Positions 1 to 10,920 of a DNA stretch of 64,000 nucleotides are shown here, piece by piece (position 1 is the first letter of the stretch; each line of letters begins with the position of its first letter). The notes beneath the pieces are model-generated. The model was not told the DNA's origin. It was given only the letters and a program-made list of their open reading frames with translations, and searched no databases. The DNA comes from Deltaproteobacteria bacterium (lineage in GTDB: Bacteria; Desulfobacterota; Syntrophia; Syntrophales; Smithellaceae), in the NCBI GenBank assembly GCA_022703375.1, contig JAKLDS010000006.1:2798-66797 (forward strand), written 5' to 3'. A program made the translations under genes and the position numbers.

Positions 1-413
1 GGCGTGCTCAAAAATGTTCCGGAAAGCGTCAGGCTGATAATGCCGTGAGGCCTGGCGCGAAGATAATATTCCGCTGCCAGCATACAGCCCCAGGACTGGG
101 CAAGAATGTGCATTTCCCGGAGAGATAATTTTTCCCGGATCAGAGCAAGCTCCTGAACATATTGCTCGACATTATAACAACTCTTATCATGAGGGCGTTC
201 GGATCTGCCGCAACCCAGCTGGTCATAAAAATAAACCGGCCTTGTATCGGCAAGCTCCCGGATTTCTTCGGTCACGCTGGAAAATCCTGGTCCGCCGTGC
301 AAGACAAGCAAAGGAATACCCGGTTGGTTCTTGCCAAAAACGCCTGTCCAGATTTTGCCCCAGGGCGTATTGATAATTTTTTCTTCTGCCTGCGTGATTT
401 TCCCTTTATTCAT
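1..413 (-). CDS. proline iminopeptidase-type alpha/beta hydrolase, N-terminal part (runs off the left edge)
   Basis: Not in the ORF track because there is no stop inside the window. My minus-strand translation from the ATG at 411-413 reads MNKGKITQAEEKIINTPWGKIWTGVFGKNQPGIPLLVLHGGPGFSS..FYDQLGCGRSERP..HILAQSWGCMLAAEYY. It has the HGGPG motif and an x-S-W-G nucleophile elbow. Confidence 0.7.
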   Translation of the reverse strand, partial: MNKGKITQAEEKIINTPWGKIWTGVFGKNQPGIPLLVLHGGPGFSSVTEEIRELADTRPVYFYDQLGCGRSERPHDKSCYNVEQYVQELALIREKLSLREMHILAQSWGCMLAAEYYLRARPHGIISLTLSGTFLST

Positions 414-643
414 AAGTAAAATATCCTGTCCTGTGACAAGCTACAGATAAATTTATACTCCGCGCCACGAAAAATCCAGCTTTTTTGCCTTGGTGGAAGT
501 GGGCAAAACAACACAGTATTGTGCCGTTTTTCAGAATAATTACAAAATTGTTCCATAGCTCGGAGCAAGGTTTGCACTAGTCTGCTGCCTTGCAGGACAG
601 CATTGCATTTCCTGGTATTAAATAGTTGGGTGTTTTTTCAAAA

Positions 644-659
644 TGGCATGACTCTGGCT
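644..659 (+). promoter_or_regulatory. weak sigma-54 (-24/-12)-like motif upstream of carA
   Basis: TGGCATGACTCTGGCT compared with consensus TGGCACG-N4-TTGCW. GG and GC have the correct 12-nt register, with two mismatches. It lies 130 nt upstream of the carA ATG. Confidence 0.2.
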
Positions 660-789
660 AATGAATGGAGAATTGCAGAGAATTTAGTTTGCTCATCTAT
701 TTGCCGTATTGTCCTGCTCTTTAATCATTGACGGAAATGGCAAAAAAGGCTAGAAAGCAGCCACTTGTCGGGAGTATAAAGTAAGAAAC

Positions 790-1935
790 ATGCCCCTTTT
801 AAATAATAAAAATAAAGCCTTGCTGGTTTTGGAAGACGGCAGCGTATTTACGGGATATGTGTTTGCCGGCGCGGGCGTTACGATGGGCGAAGTAGTTTTC
901 AATACCGGCATGACCGGTTATCAGGAAGTCATTACCGATCCGTCCTATAAAGGCCAGATTGTCACTATGACCTATCCGCTCATCGGCAACTATGGCATCA
1001 ACGATGAAGACATGGAATCGGCGGGAATTCATCTGGAAGGTTTTGTTGTTAAAGAATATCAGCCCAACCCCAGCAACTGGCGGATGAAAAAAACTTTAAA
1101 GGAATTCCTCGAAGAGCGCGGCAAAATCGGCATCGAAGGCATTGATACCCGCGCTTTAACCCGCCGCTTGCGGATTTCCGGAGCAATGAAGGGAATCATC
1201 TCCACTGAGAACTTTGAGATTGATTCGTTGCTGCAAAAGGTTCGGGAATATCCGGGACTGGTGGGGCGCGATCTGGTGAAGGAAGTGACCTGCAAAAAGT
1301 TTTATCTCTGGAAAAACGGTGCGGTTCATCACGGCAAAATTCCGGTGAAAAAAGCTGCCAAAAAAATGCGCGTCGCGGTGCTCGACTGCGGCGTTAAATA
1401 TAATATTTTACGCTTACTGGAAAATAACGGCTGCGAGGTTATTGTTTTCCCGGCTACTTCTTCCGGCAGTGAGCTTTTGGCCTGCAATCCTGATGGAGTT
1501 TTGCTCTCCAACGGCCCCGGTGATCCGGCGGCGCTGCCCTATATTGTGGAGACAGCCCGCGCGCTTGTGGGGAAACTGCCGGTTTTCGGCATTTGTCTGG
1601 GGCATCAGATTATCGGCCAGGCGATTGGCGGCTATACGGAAAAGTTGAAATTCGGCCATCACGGCATCAATCAGCCGGTGAAAAATTTATTAAACGGGCG
1701 CATCGAAATCACTTCGCAAAATCACGGTTTTGTCGTTGTGCCCGAATCTGTCAAAGGCAAGGCCAAAAAAACTTATGATAATTTGAATGACAAATCTTCG
1801 GAGGGAATGGTAGCGCCACCCTTGACGATGAGCGTCCAGTATCATCCCGAAGCCGCGCCCGGCCCCAACGACACGCAATATTTATTTTCCCAATTCCTCG
1901 CCATGATGAAGGGAAAAAAGGAGAAGGCGGCATGA
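790..1935 (+). CDS. carA: carbamoyl-phosphate synthase small (glutaminase) subunit
   Basis: 381 aa. N-terminal [18 protein letters not shown] and [14 protein letters not shown]. GATase I triad region VFGICLGHQ and YHPE. Confidence 0.95.
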   Translation: MPLLNNKNKALLVLEDGSVFTGYVFAGAGVTMGEVVFNTGMTGYQEVITDPSYKGQIVTMTYPLIGNYGINDEDMESAGIHLEGFVVKEYQPNPSNWRMKKTLKEFLEERGKIGIEGIDTRALTRRLRISGAMKGIISTENFEIDSLLQKVREYPGLVGRDLVKEVTCKKFYLWKNGAVHHGKIPVKKAAKKMRVAVLDCGVKYNILRLLENNGCEVIVFPATSSGSELLACNPDGVLLSNGPGDPAALPYIVETARALVGKLPVFGICLGHQIIGQAIGGYTEKLKFGHHGINQPVKNLLNGRIEITSQNHGFVVVPESVKGKAKKTYDNLNDKSSEGMVAPPLTMSVQYHPEAAPGPNDTQYLFSQFLAMMKGKKEKAA

Positions 1936-3461
1936 TTTTAATCATCGATTTCGGCTCCCAGTATAACCAGTTAATTGCCCGCCGGGTGCGCGAGCATCAT
2001 GTCTATTGCCAGATTGAGCCGCCCGATATTCCTCTGGCCACAATTAAAGCAATGAATCCCGAAGGTATAATCTTATCCGGCGGACCCGCCAGCATTTACG
2101 AGAAGGGCTCGCCGCGCGTGGATAAAGGAATTCTCAATCTGGGCATTCCGGTTTTGGGCATCTGCTACGGGTTACAATTTATGGTTGATGCTTTAGGCGG
2201 CAAGGTTATCGGCTCGAAAAAGCGGGAATACGGCTTTGCCGAGCTTAATGTCAAAAAACAGTCCGGGATTTTCCAGGGTGTCGGGAAAAAGACACAGTGC
2301 TGGATGAGCCACGGCGATTCCATAGGAGAGCTTCCCCACGGCTTTACGATTATGGCTTCTACGGCAAACACGCCGGTTGCCGCTGCGGAAAATCTTAAGA
2401 AGAACTTCTACGGCTTGCAATTCCATCCCGAAGTCGTGCACACCAAGAGCGGCAAAAAAATGCTGGCCAATTTTCTTTTTGATATTTGCCGGTGCAAAAA
2501 ATCGTGGTCGATGAAATCTTTTGTCACGCACGCCGTGGCAGAAATCCGTGCGCAGGTGGGTGATGGTAAGGTAATCCTCGGACTCTCGGGCGGTGTTGAT
2601 TCCTCCGTAGCCGCTGTTTTATTGCACAGGGCCATAGGCCGTAATCTGATTTGCGTTTTTGTGGATAATGGTGTCTTGCGCCTGAATGAAGCCGATAAAG
2701 TAATCGAAATGTTTAAAAAAAATCTTAAGATCAATTTGCGTTTTGCGCGCGCGGGTAAATTGTTTTTAAGCAGGCTCAAGGGAGTAACTGATCCTGAAAG
2801 GAAGCGGAAAATCATTGGCCGTACTTTCATTGAAGTTTTCGACAAGGAAGCCCATAAAATTAAAAATGTGAAATTTCTGGCGCAGGGAACCTTGTATCCC
2901 GATTTGATTGAATCGCGCTCGGCCTTCGGCGGCCCGAGCGCTGTTATTAAATCGCATCACAATGTCGGCGGCCTCCCCAAAAAGATGAATCTGCAACTGG
3001 TGGAGCCGCTCAAGCATTTATTTAAAGATGAAGTACGGCTCTTGGGTAAGGAGTTGGGTCTCGCTGACGATGTTGTCTGGCGACAGCCGTTCCCCGGTCC
3101 GGGTCTGGCCATCCGCATTATCGGCGAAGTAACTGCCAAGCGTCTCGATGTTTTGCGCAAGGCTGATGCCATTCTGCTCGAAGAAATACGGGCAAACAAT
3201 TTATACTATAAACTGTGGCAATCATTTGCCGTCCTTCTGCCCATCAAAAGCGTGGGCATCATGGGCGACCAGCGCACCTATGAAAATATTCTGGCGATTC
3301 GCGCCATGACAAGTGATGATGCCATGACAGCCGACTGGGCGCAACTGCCGCACGACATTCTGGCGCGTATTTCCACCCGCATCATCAATGAAGTGCGCGG
3401 TGTCAACCGCGTTGTTTACGATATCAGCTCCAAACCCCCCAGCACAATTGAGTGGGAGTGA
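1932..3461 (+). CDS. guaA: GMP synthase (glutamine-hydrolysing)
   Basis: 509 aa. GATase I motifs ILGICYGLQ and FHPEV. ATP-PPase P-loop [11 protein letters not shown]-terminal dimerisation end PPSTIEWE. The start overlaps the carA stop (ATGA). Confidence 0.95.
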   Translation: MILIIDFGSQYNQLIARRVREHHVYCQIEPPDIPLATIKAMNPEGIILSGGPASIYEKGSPRVDKGILNLGIPVLGICYGLQFMVDALGGKVIGSKKREYGFAELNVKKQSGIFQGVGKKTQCWMSHGDSIGELPHGFTIMASTANTPVAAAENLKKNFYGLQFHPEVVHTKSGKKMLANFLFDICRCKKSWSMKSFVTHAVAEIRAQVGDGKVILGLSGGVDSSVAAVLLHRAIGRNLICVFVDNGVLRLNEADKVIEMFKKNLKINLRFARAGKLFLSRLKGVTDPERKRKIIGRTFIEVFDKEAHKIKNVKFLAQGTLYPDLIESRSAFGGPSAVIKSHHNVGGLPKKMNLQLVEPLKHLFKDEVRLLGKELGLADDVVWRQPFPGPGLAIRIIGEVTAKRLDVLRKADAILLEEIRANNLYYKLWQSFAVLLPIKSVGIMGDQRTYENILAIRAMTSDDAMTADWAQLPHDILARISTRIINEVRGVNRVVYDISSKPPSTIEWE

Positions 3462-3531
3462 GAGAAGAAGGTAAAAAGTGCAAGGCAAGAAAGTTTACGG
3501 TTCACGGTTGACAGTGCGCGGTTAGAACTTC

Positions 3532-4725
3532 ATGGAGGCTTTATTGAAAAGAACCAAACCAATATTTTTCATTCTACCTGCCCTTGTACTGGCTTGTTCA
3601 AGTGTTGTTTCTGCGGACACTGCGTTACCGCCATTGCAAACGGGTATGTATTACGGTTTGTCGCTGCTTTTGGCCTATGTCCTGATGGCGCTGGTCTTCT
3701 CTTTTTTGTGCTCAGTGGCCGAATCGGTGTTGCTCAGCATTACTCCTTCATACATTGAAGACCTGAAGGGAAAACACCCCCGTCGTGCAGCTTTGCTCAA
3801 AGATCTCAAGCAGGATAATGTTGACCGATCTTTGGCAGCCATTCTGACGCTCAATACCATCGCGCATACGGTAGGCGCCATCGGCGCCGGCGCTCAGGCC
3901 ACGGTGGTATTCGGCAGCGCGTGGTTCGGTGCCTTTTCGGCTGTCATGACGCTGTTGATCCTTTTTCTATCGGAAGTCCTTCCCAAAACGCTTGGTGCTG
4001 TCCACTGGTCGAAACTTACCGGCCCGACGGCTTATTATGTCAAGTCGTTGATAATCTTGCTTTATCCGATTGTCTGGTTGTCGGAAAAATTTACTAAAAT
4101 GTTTTCTCGCGGTCAAAAGTTTCATGTATTCAGCCGTGATGAGTTTGTCGCCATGGCCCGGGTCGGCGAACAAACCGGTCAGATTGCGAAAAGCGAGGCC
4201 CGGATGATTCGAAATCTTTTTCGGTTCGGGTCGATGGAAGTGATCGATATCATGACGCCGCGAATAGTTATTTCGGCTCTGCCCGAGGAGATTACTATTG
4301 CTGAGGGGCTGGCTGCGATAGAAAAAAAGCCGTTTTCCCGGATGCCCCTGTATAAGACTGACATTGATGACATTACAGGCTTTGTTCTTAAGGATGATGT
4401 CCTGTTAAGAATTGCCCAAAATCGCGCCGACGAACCGCTTGCATCCCTGAAACGAAAAATACTCATTGTCCCGAAGAGCGTCACCCTGACAATGCTTCTG
4501 GAAAATTTACTCAAGGATCGTCATCATATTGCATTGGTCGTTGACGAATACGGCGGAACCTCTGGGGTTGTTACGCTGGAGGATCTCGTAGAGACCCTGA
4601 CTGGAATAGAAATCACTGATGAAAAAGATACGGTTGCGGACATGAGGGCTCTCGCGCGCAGGCAATGGAAAGATCGCGCCCGAGTCATGGGGCTCGATGT
4701 GGATAAGAGTGAGACTAGCGGGTAA
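3532..4725 (+). CDS. CNNM-family membrane protein (DUF21 transmembrane domain plus CBS pair), putative divalent-cation transporter
   Basis: 397 aa. Hydrophobic N-terminal half with AESVLLSITPSYIEDL and LNTIAHTVGAIG. CBS-pair-like region VIDIMTPR..ALVVDEYGGTSGVVTLEDLVE. Confidence 0.8.
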   Translation: MEALLKRTKPIFFILPALVLACSSVVSADTALPPLQTGMYYGLSLLLAYVLMALVFSFLCSVAESVLLSITPSYIEDLKGKHPRRAALLKDLKQDNVDRSLAAILTLNTIAHTVGAIGAGAQATVVFGSAWFGAFSAVMTLLILFLSEVLPKTLGAVHWSKLTGPTAYYVKSLIILLYPIVWLSEKFTKMFSRGQKFHVFSRDEFVAMARVGEQTGQIAKSEARMIRNLFRFGSMEVIDIMTPRIVISALPEEITIAEGLAAIEKKPFSRMPLYKTDIDDITGFVLKDDVLLRIAQNRADEPLASLKRKILIVPKSVTLTMLLENLLKDRHHIALVVDEYGGTSGVVTLEDLVETLTGIEITDEKDTVADMRALARRQWKDRARVMGLDVDKSETSG

Positions 4726-4848
4726 ACTCTCTCTTTATGGGAGATGGGAGACGCCCTTAAGTTGCTAAGTTTCGGGACAAAAGAAAAGAATTAATAGGAC
4801 AGTTCTAGTTATCAAGCGCAATAAATTATCGGGAAAGGTTATATCGAA

Positions 4849-7800
4849 TTGCCGAAGCGAACTGACATAAAAAAAATACTACTAATAGGCTCCGGGCCGA
4901 TTATCATCAGCCAGGCATGTGAATTCGATTATTCGGGAACGCAGGCGTGCAAAGCCCTGCGCGAAGAGGGCTATGAAGTCGTCCTGATCAACAGCAATCC
5001 GGCCACCATCATGACCGACCCGGAAACAGCAGATCGTACTTACATTGAGCCCATTACCCCCGAAGCAGTGGAAAAAATAATTGCCCGCGAAAAACCGGAC
5101 GCCATTTTACCAACTCTGGGCGGACAGACCGGCTTGAATACTGCTGTCGCGCTGGCTGAAAGTGGTGTGTTAGAAAAATACGGCGTCGAGATGATCGGCG
5201 CGTCGCTCGAGGTCATTCACAAGGCGGAAGACCGCGAAAAATTCCGCCATGCTATTGAGGCAATCGGCCTGCGCATGCCGGTGAGTGGCTTTGCCCGCAG
5301 CATGGAAGAGGTTCTGAAAATTGCCGATAAAATCGGTTTCCCGATTATCATCCGCGCTTCTTTTACACTGGGCGGCACAGGCAGCGGCGTTGCCTACAAC
5401 CGCGAAGAGCTCGTGGAAATCGCCAAAAGCGGCCTCGATGCCAGCATGATCAGTGAAGTAATGATTGAAGAATCGGTGCTGGGCTGGAAGGAATACGAGT
5501 TGGAAGTCATGCGCGACCGCGCGGACAATGTCGTCATCATCTGCTCGATTGAAAATTTCGACGCGATGGGCGTGCACACCGGCGAATCAATCACTGTCGC
5601 GCCGGCGCAAACCCTGACGGATAAAGAATACCAGAACATGCGCGATGCCGCCATTGCCATCATGCGCGAAATCGGCGTGGAGACGGGCGGTTCCAATGTA
5701 CAATTTGCCATCCATCCGCAAACCGGCGAGATGATTGTCGTGGAAATGAATCCTCGCGTGTCGCGTTCGTCGGCGCTGGCTTCGAAAGCCACAGGCTTTC
5801 CCATTGCCAAAATCGCGGCCAAACTGGCTGTGGGCTATACGCTCGACGAAATCCCCAACGACATCACCCGCGAGACAATGGCTTCGTTTGAGCCGACGAT
5901 TGATTATGTCGTGACAAAAATTCCGCGCTGGACATTTGAGAAATTTCCCGAGAGCGAAGATTTCCTCACTACTTCAATGAAATCAGTCGGCGAAACGATG
6001 GCCATCGGCCGCACTTTCAAGGAATCACTGCAAAAGGCCATTCGCTCGCTGGAAATCAAGCGTTTCGGCCTGACCATGCCACTGTCTGATGATGTAAAAG
6101 ATAAGGAAGCCTTCCTGAAAGAAAAACTGATCAAACCCAATTCGCTGCGCCTTTTCTATATTGCCGCGGCATTTCAGCAGGGCATGACCATTGATGAAGT
6201 ATATAAGCTGACGATGATCGATCCCTGGTTCTTATATCAGCTCAAGGAAATAGTTGACGCCGAAGAGGAATTGAAAAATTCACCGCCTTCAGTGGAATTG
6301 CTGCGGGAAGCCAAGAAAATGGGCTTTGCCGACAAAGCTCTTGCCGACATCTGGAAGATGTCCGAGCAGGAGATTCGCGACTGGCGGCAAAAAGAAAATA
6401 TCATCCCAGTTTACAAACTCGTGGACACCTGCGCCGCCGAATTCGAGGCTTATACTCCCTATTACTATTCTACCTTTGAGACGGAAAACGAAACGAGGCC
6501 TTCGGCTAAAAAGAAAATAGCCATCATCGGCGGCGGCCCCAACCGCATCGGCCAGGGCATTGAATTTGATTATTGCTGCGTCCATGCTTCCTTCGCGCTC
6601 AAGGAAGAAGGCGTCGAGAGCATCATGATTAATTCCAATCCGGAAACAGTCAGCACCGATTACGACACATCCGATAAGCTTTTCTTTGAGCCTGTGACAC
6701 TGGAAGACGTTCTACATATTCTGCAAACCGAAAAACCGGATGGCGTGATCGTCCAGTTCGGCGGCCAGACACCGTTGAATCTGGCACGTGGCCTCGAAGC
6801 CGCCGGTGTCAATATCATCGGCACCTCGCCCGATTCCATTGACCGGGCGGAAGACCGCGACCGCTTTCAGGAAATCGTCGCAAAATTGAAACTTCATCAA
6901 CCCGATAACGACACGGCAATGGATGTGGATAAAGCGCTCGCGGCAGCCTCGCGCATCGGCTATCCGGTGCTGGTGCGTCCCTCGTATGTGCTGGGCGGCC
7001 GTTCGATGGAAATCGTTTACGACTCCGAAACGCTGCGCACATTTATGGGCAAGGCGCTGCTGGTCTCCCCCGGCCATCCCATTTTGATTGACAAATTTCT
7101 GGAAGACGCCATTGAAATTGATGTGGATGCCATCAGCGACGGCAAGACAACCGTTGTGGCGGGAATCATGGAGCATATTGAAGAGGCGGGAATTCATTCC
7201 GGAGACAGCGCCTGCATAATGCCCGCGCTGACTATTGCGCCGGAAATGATTGCGCAAATCGAGAAACAAGCAATTATGCTGGCGCAGGAACTCAATGTCG
7301 TGGGTCTCATGAATATTCAATTCGCCATTAAAGACAAGAAGCTTTATGTATTGGAAGTCAATCCGCGCGCGTCGCGCACCGTGCCTTTCGTCAGCAAGGC
7401 TATCGGTGTGCCGCTCGCCAAACTGGCGACCAAGGTCATGCTGGGCAAGACTCTTGCCGAACTGGGCTTTACCAAGAGAATAATTCCGCGTCATGTTTCC
7501 GTCAAGGAAGCAGTCTTCCCCTTCAACCGCTTCCCCAATGTGGACATCCTTTTGGGGCCGGAGATGAAATCAACCGGCGAGGTTATGGGCATTGACCATT
7601 CCTTTGGCCTGGCTTTTGCCAAATCGCAGATGGCGGTGGGCTTTAAACTCCCGACGCAGGGGACTGTTTTTATCAGCGTTCACAAACATCACAGGGAAGG
7701 TATTGTTGAGGTAGCACGCGGCTTTCAGGAAATGGGATTCCGGATTCTGGCGACGCGCGGCACGGCGGAGTATTTGTTCGGTCATGGTGTCAACGCCTGG

Positions 7801-8064
7801 ACGGTATATAAGGTGAGCGAAGGGCGCCCCAATATTACCGACCATATCAAGAACGGCGATATTCAGATGATCATCAATACCAGCGTGGGACGCAAATCGT
7901 CACGCGACGCCTATCATCTGCGGCGCAGCGCGCTTACTTACAATGTTCTTTACACGACAACGCTGGCCGGCGCGCGGGCATTGTGCGAAGCGGTGAAAGA
8001 GTTGAAGAGGGAAGATTGGAACGTCTGTCCGTTACAGGAGTACCACAGGGGGACGACTGCGTAA
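4849..8064 (+). CDS. carB: carbamoyl-phosphate synthase large subunit
   Basis: 1071 aa with a TTG start giving [33 protein letters not shown]. Duplicated ATP-grasp halves and an MGS-like C-terminus. Confidence 0.95.
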   Translation: MPKRTDIKKILLIGSGPIIISQACEFDYSGTQACKALREEGYEVVLINSNPATIMTDPETADRTYIEPITPEAVEKIIAREKPDAILPTLGGQTGLNTAVALAESGVLEKYGVEMIGASLEVIHKAEDREKFRHAIEAIGLRMPVSGFARSMEEVLKIADKIGFPIIIRASFTLGGTGSGVAYNREELVEIAKSGLDASMISEVMIEESVLGWKEYELEVMRDRADNVVIICSIENFDAMGVHTGESITVAPAQTLTDKEYQNMRDAAIAIMREIGVETGGSNVQFAIHPQTGEMIVVEMNPRVSRSSALASKATGFPIAKIAAKLAVGYTLDEIPNDITRETMASFEPTIDYVVTKIPRWTFEKFPESEDFLTTSMKSVGETMAIGRTFKESLQKAIRSLEIKRFGLTMPLSDDVKDKEAFLKEKLIKPNSLRLFYIAAAFQQGMTIDEVYKLTMIDPWFLYQLKEIVDAEEELKNSPPSVELLREAKKMGFADKALADIWKMSEQEIRDWRQKENIIPVYKLVDTCAAEFEAYTPYYYSTFETENETRPSAKKKIAIIGGGPNRIGQGIEFDYCCVHASFALKEEGVESIMINSNPETVSTDYDTSDKLFFEPVTLEDVLHILQTEKPDGVIVQFGGQTPLNLARGLEAAGVNIIGTSPDSIDRAEDRDRFQEIVAKLKLHQPDNDTAMDVDKALAAASRIGYPVLVRPSYVLGGRSMEIVYDSETLRTFMGKALLVSPGHPILIDKFLEDAIEIDVDAISDGKTTVVAGIMEHIEEAGIHSGDSACIMPALTIAPEMIAQIEKQAIMLAQELNVVGLMNIQFAIKDKKLYVLEVNPRASRTVPFVSKAIGVPLAKLATKVMLGKTLAELGFTKRIIPRHVSVKEAVFPFNRFPNVDILLGPEMKSTGEVMGIDHSFGLAFAKSQMAVGFKLPTQGTVFISVHKHHREGIVEVARGFQEMGFRILATRGTAEYLFGHGVNAWTVYKVSEGRPNITDHIKNGDIQMIINTSVGRKSSRDAYHLRRSALTYNVLYTTTLAGARALCEAVKELKREDWNVCPLQEYHRGTTA

Positions 8065-8175
8065 AACGCTCATATGCGGCGTTGCATTTCGCCCCGCGTC
8101 GCTCAACGTACCTTAAAGTACGCCTCACGACCCGGTTCTCATGCGCCTTGCCTCTGAAGCTTTTTACGCAGTCGT
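8053..8175. repeat. imperfect-palindrome intergenic repeat, copy A (same family as 43081-43226)
   Basis: Perfect 14-bp terminal inverted repeat ACGACTGCGTAAAA (8053-8066) / TTTTACGCAGTCGT (8162-8175). The left arm contains the carB stop codon. Both ends align with copy B. Confidence 0.6.
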
Positions 8176-8260
8176 GAATAAACTGTGATACTTTATCACT
8201 CCGACGCAGGCCGGAATCCAGTATAGATAATATCTGCAATTATTTACTTAGGAAGTATGT

Positions 8261-9682
8261 ATGAACGAAAAATTTAATTTTGAAGAATCCGGCAGGCCGC
8301 GGGAGGAGTGCGGCGTGTTTGCCATTTACGGCCATGAAGACGCCGCGCGTGTGGCTTTTTTCGGCTTATTCGCCCTGCAGCACCGCGGTCAGGAATCAGC
8401 GGGCATCGTGAGCTCCGATGGCTGTCAGGTGTGGGATCATAAAGGCATGGGGCTTGCCTCCGAAGTTTTCCGGGAACCTACTTTGCAGAAGCTCCCCGGT
8501 AAGCTCGCCATCGGTCATGTCCGCTATTCGACAACCGGCTCCTCGGTATTGTCCAATGCCCAGCCTTTTCTTGTTCATCACGCCGATGAATACTATGCTC
8601 TGGCGCATAACGGCAATATCGTCAATGCCCAGGCCTTGCGCACCGAGCTGGAAAACAGCGGCTCCATTTTCCAATCCACTATGGACAGCGAAATTATTAT
8701 TCATCTGATGGCGCCTCATTTGAAAGAAGGTTTGGCAAAATCTTTGACCGCCGCTCTTTCCCGCCTCGAAGGCGCCTACAGCCTGATTATGCTCACGCGG
8801 AATAAAATAATCGCTGCGCGTGACCCGCGGGGTTTCCGGCCGCTGGCGCTCGGTAAATTAAACGGAGGCTGGGTTATCGCCTCGGAGACCTGCGCCTTTG
8901 ATCTTGTTGGCGCCAAATATATCCGCGATGTCAATCCCGGCGAAATCATCATCATTGATGAAAAAGGCTGCAAAAGCCTCACCCCTTTTACACCGGTCAA
9001 ACCCTGCCATTGCATTTTTGAGCTGATTTATTTTGCCCGTCCCGACAGCCAGATTTTCGGCCAGAATGTTTATCTCTGCCGCAAGCGGCTGGGGCGCGAA
9101 CTCGCGCGCGAATATGTGCCCAATGTGGATATTGTCATGCCGTTTCCCGATTCGGGCAATTACGCCGCGCTGGGCTACGCCGAAGAATCGGGCATCAATT
9201 TTGAGATGGGGATGATCCGCAATCACTATGTCGGCAGGACTTTTATTCAGCCCACCCAGCCGATGCGCGATTTCGGCGTCCGCGTCAAGCTCAATCCCGT
9301 CAAACCGCTTTTGGCCGGAAAAAGAGTATTGATTGTGGAGGATTCCATCATTCGCGGCACCACCAGCCGCAACCGTGTGAAGAATTTAAAAGAGATTGGC
9401 TTGAAGGAAATCCACATGGCCATCAGTTGTCCGCCCACCGCCTACCCCTGCCCCTACGGCATTGATTTTTCCTCCAAAGGCGAGCTCATTGCCGCCGCCA
9501 AGGAAAATGAAAAGGCCATTGCCGATTTCATCGGCCTTGATTCCCTGCATTACCTGACGGTAGACGGCATGGTACGGGCAACCGGCATGAGCAGGGATTG
9601 TTTCTGCCTCGCCTGCTATACCGGTGATTACCCGCTTATGCCTCCGGAAAAAATGGATAAATTCTGCCTGGAAAAAACATAG
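8261..9682 (+). CDS. purF: amidophosphoribosyltransferase
   Basis: 473 aa. Propeptide followed by CGVFAIYGH (N-terminal nucleophile Cys). PRTase motif VLIVEDSIIRGTT. C-terminal Cys cluster. Confidence 0.95.
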   Translation: MNEKFNFEESGRPREECGVFAIYGHEDAARVAFFGLFALQHRGQESAGIVSSDGCQVWDHKGMGLASEVFREPTLQKLPGKLAIGHVRYSTTGSSVLSNAQPFLVHHADEYYALAHNGNIVNAQALRTELENSGSIFQSTMDSEIIIHLMAPHLKEGLAKSLTAALSRLEGAYSLIMLTRNKIIAARDPRGFRPLALGKLNGGWVIASETCAFDLVGAKYIRDVNPGEIIIIDEKGCKSLTPFTPVKPCHCIFELIYFARPDSQIFGQNVYLCRKRLGRELAREYVPNVDIVMPFPDSGNYAALGYAEESGINFEMGMIRNHYVGRTFIQPTQPMRDFGVRVKLNPVKPLLAGKRVLIVEDSIIRGTTSRNRVKNLKEIGLKEIHMAISCPPTAYPCPYGIDFSSKGELIAAAKENEKAIADFIGLDSLHYLTVDGMVRATGMSRDCFCLACYTGDYPLMPPEKMDKFCLEKT

Positions 9683-9743
9683 CGCCAATACGGAAACTAT
9701 TTACAGACAAAATTTTATTTCACCTTACAAGTGAAGTTAATCA

Positions 9744-10667
9744 TCAATATGCTACTTTATCAATGCCTTTGAGATTGAGAATTTTTCTGGCCTCATCAGG
9801 TGTAGCAGGTTCAATGCCGAACTCCCTGGCAATTCGCGCCATTTTTGTAACGTGTTCGGCATTGCTCTTGGCAAAGATTCCCTTTTCCAGATAAGCGTTG
9901 TCTTCCAAGCCGACACGGCAGTTGCCGCCGATTAACAGCGCCTGGGTGCAAATGCGAAACTGCTGCCGCCCGGCCACGCAAACCGAAAAAACAAAATCGC
10001 CAATTTGTCGTTTGGCGTAATCCGCCAGAAACAGCAGATTTTCCGAACTGGGTGTGATGCCGCCGAGGACTCCCATGACAAACTGAATGTATACCGGTTT
10101 TTTAAGGTAGCCGGCCTGAATCATGAAAGCAATATTGTTTACCATACCCGCATCATATACTTCGAATTCCGGTTTGGTGCCGGCGGCATTAAACTTGGCG
10201 CAATATTCCTTCATGGATTTAAAAGTGTTGGAAAAGACAAAATCTTCCGTCATTCCCAGATACTGCGGTTCCCAATCGAATTTCCATTCCTTAAACTTGG
10301 AAAGCACCGGAAACAGGGCAAAATTGACCGATCCGGCATTGAAGGAAGCCAGCTCCGGCTGGAATAGACCGACTGGCGCTACGCGCTGTTCGGTTGTCAT
10401 GCCCAGGCCGCCGCCAGTCGTAACACAAATAACGATATTGCAGCGGCTTTTAATGCTGCTGATTATCTCCTTGAGCGTATTGACATCAGAATTCGGTTTT
10501 CCAGTTTCGGGGTCGCGGGCATGAATATGGCAAACAGCCGCGCCGGCTTCATAAGAACGGACTGCTTCATCGGCAATCTGCTTGGGTGTGATGGGCAGAT
10601 ATTGAGTCATAGTTGGTGTATGAATGCTTCCCGTAATGGCTGCTGTTATAATGACTTTGTCTTGCAT
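9744..10667 (-). CDS. beta-keto acid cleavage enzyme family (3-keto-5-aminohexanoate cleavage enzyme-like, DUF849)
   Basis: 307 aa. N-terminal VIITAAITGSIHTPTMTQYLPITPKQIADEAVRSYEAGAAVCHIHARD is typical of the family. Confidence 0.8.
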   Translation of the reverse strand: MQDKVIITAAITGSIHTPTMTQYLPITPKQIADEAVRSYEAGAAVCHIHARDPETGKPNSDVNTLKEIISSIKSRCNIVICVTTGGGLGMTTEQRVAPVGLFQPELASFNAGSVNFALFPVLSKFKEWKFDWEPQYLGMTEDFVFSNTFKSMKEYCAKFNAAGTKPEFEVYDAGMVNNIAFMIQAGYLKKPVYIQFVMGVLGGITPSSENLLFLADYAKRQIGDFVFSVCVAGRQQFRICTQALLIGGNCRVGLEDNAYLEKGIFAKSNAEHVTKMARIAREFGIEPATPDEARKILNLKGIDKVAY

Positions 10668-10768
10668 ATAGCTATCTCCTCCTCAAATTTTTTCGTAATA
10701 ATAAACCTTTTTGCCGGCATAAACAACAGCTAAAAAGGAACAATGTTTGTTTGCCGGTTATTATTTTA

Positions 10769-10797
10769 TTGACAGGACATGTTGTTCTTCCTATACT
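10769..10797 (+). promoter_or_regulatory. sigma-70-type promoter candidate for gltX
   Basis: TTGACA (10769-10774), 17-nt spacer, TATACT (10792-10797). It lies about 120 nt upstream of the gltX ATG. Confidence 0.45.
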
Positions 10798-10920
10798 TTC
10801 TGCGCTCCAGGGGATATTCCGGATTTAAATTCAGGAATTACCGCTTAGCCAGTAATCTGCTTATTGAAAAAATCGGCTAATCCGGATTTGCTGAAATGAA
10901 AATTTAAAAAGGAAAAAATC

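Noticed and set aside
3497-3520. Short tandem ACGGTTC ACGGTTG after guaA, and the ATTCTG-type repeats at 33343-33370, considered as members of a repeat family
   Set aside because: Each is seen once in the window and is too short to distinguish from chance. I list the 33302-33355 palindrome separately as a low-interest operator candidate only.
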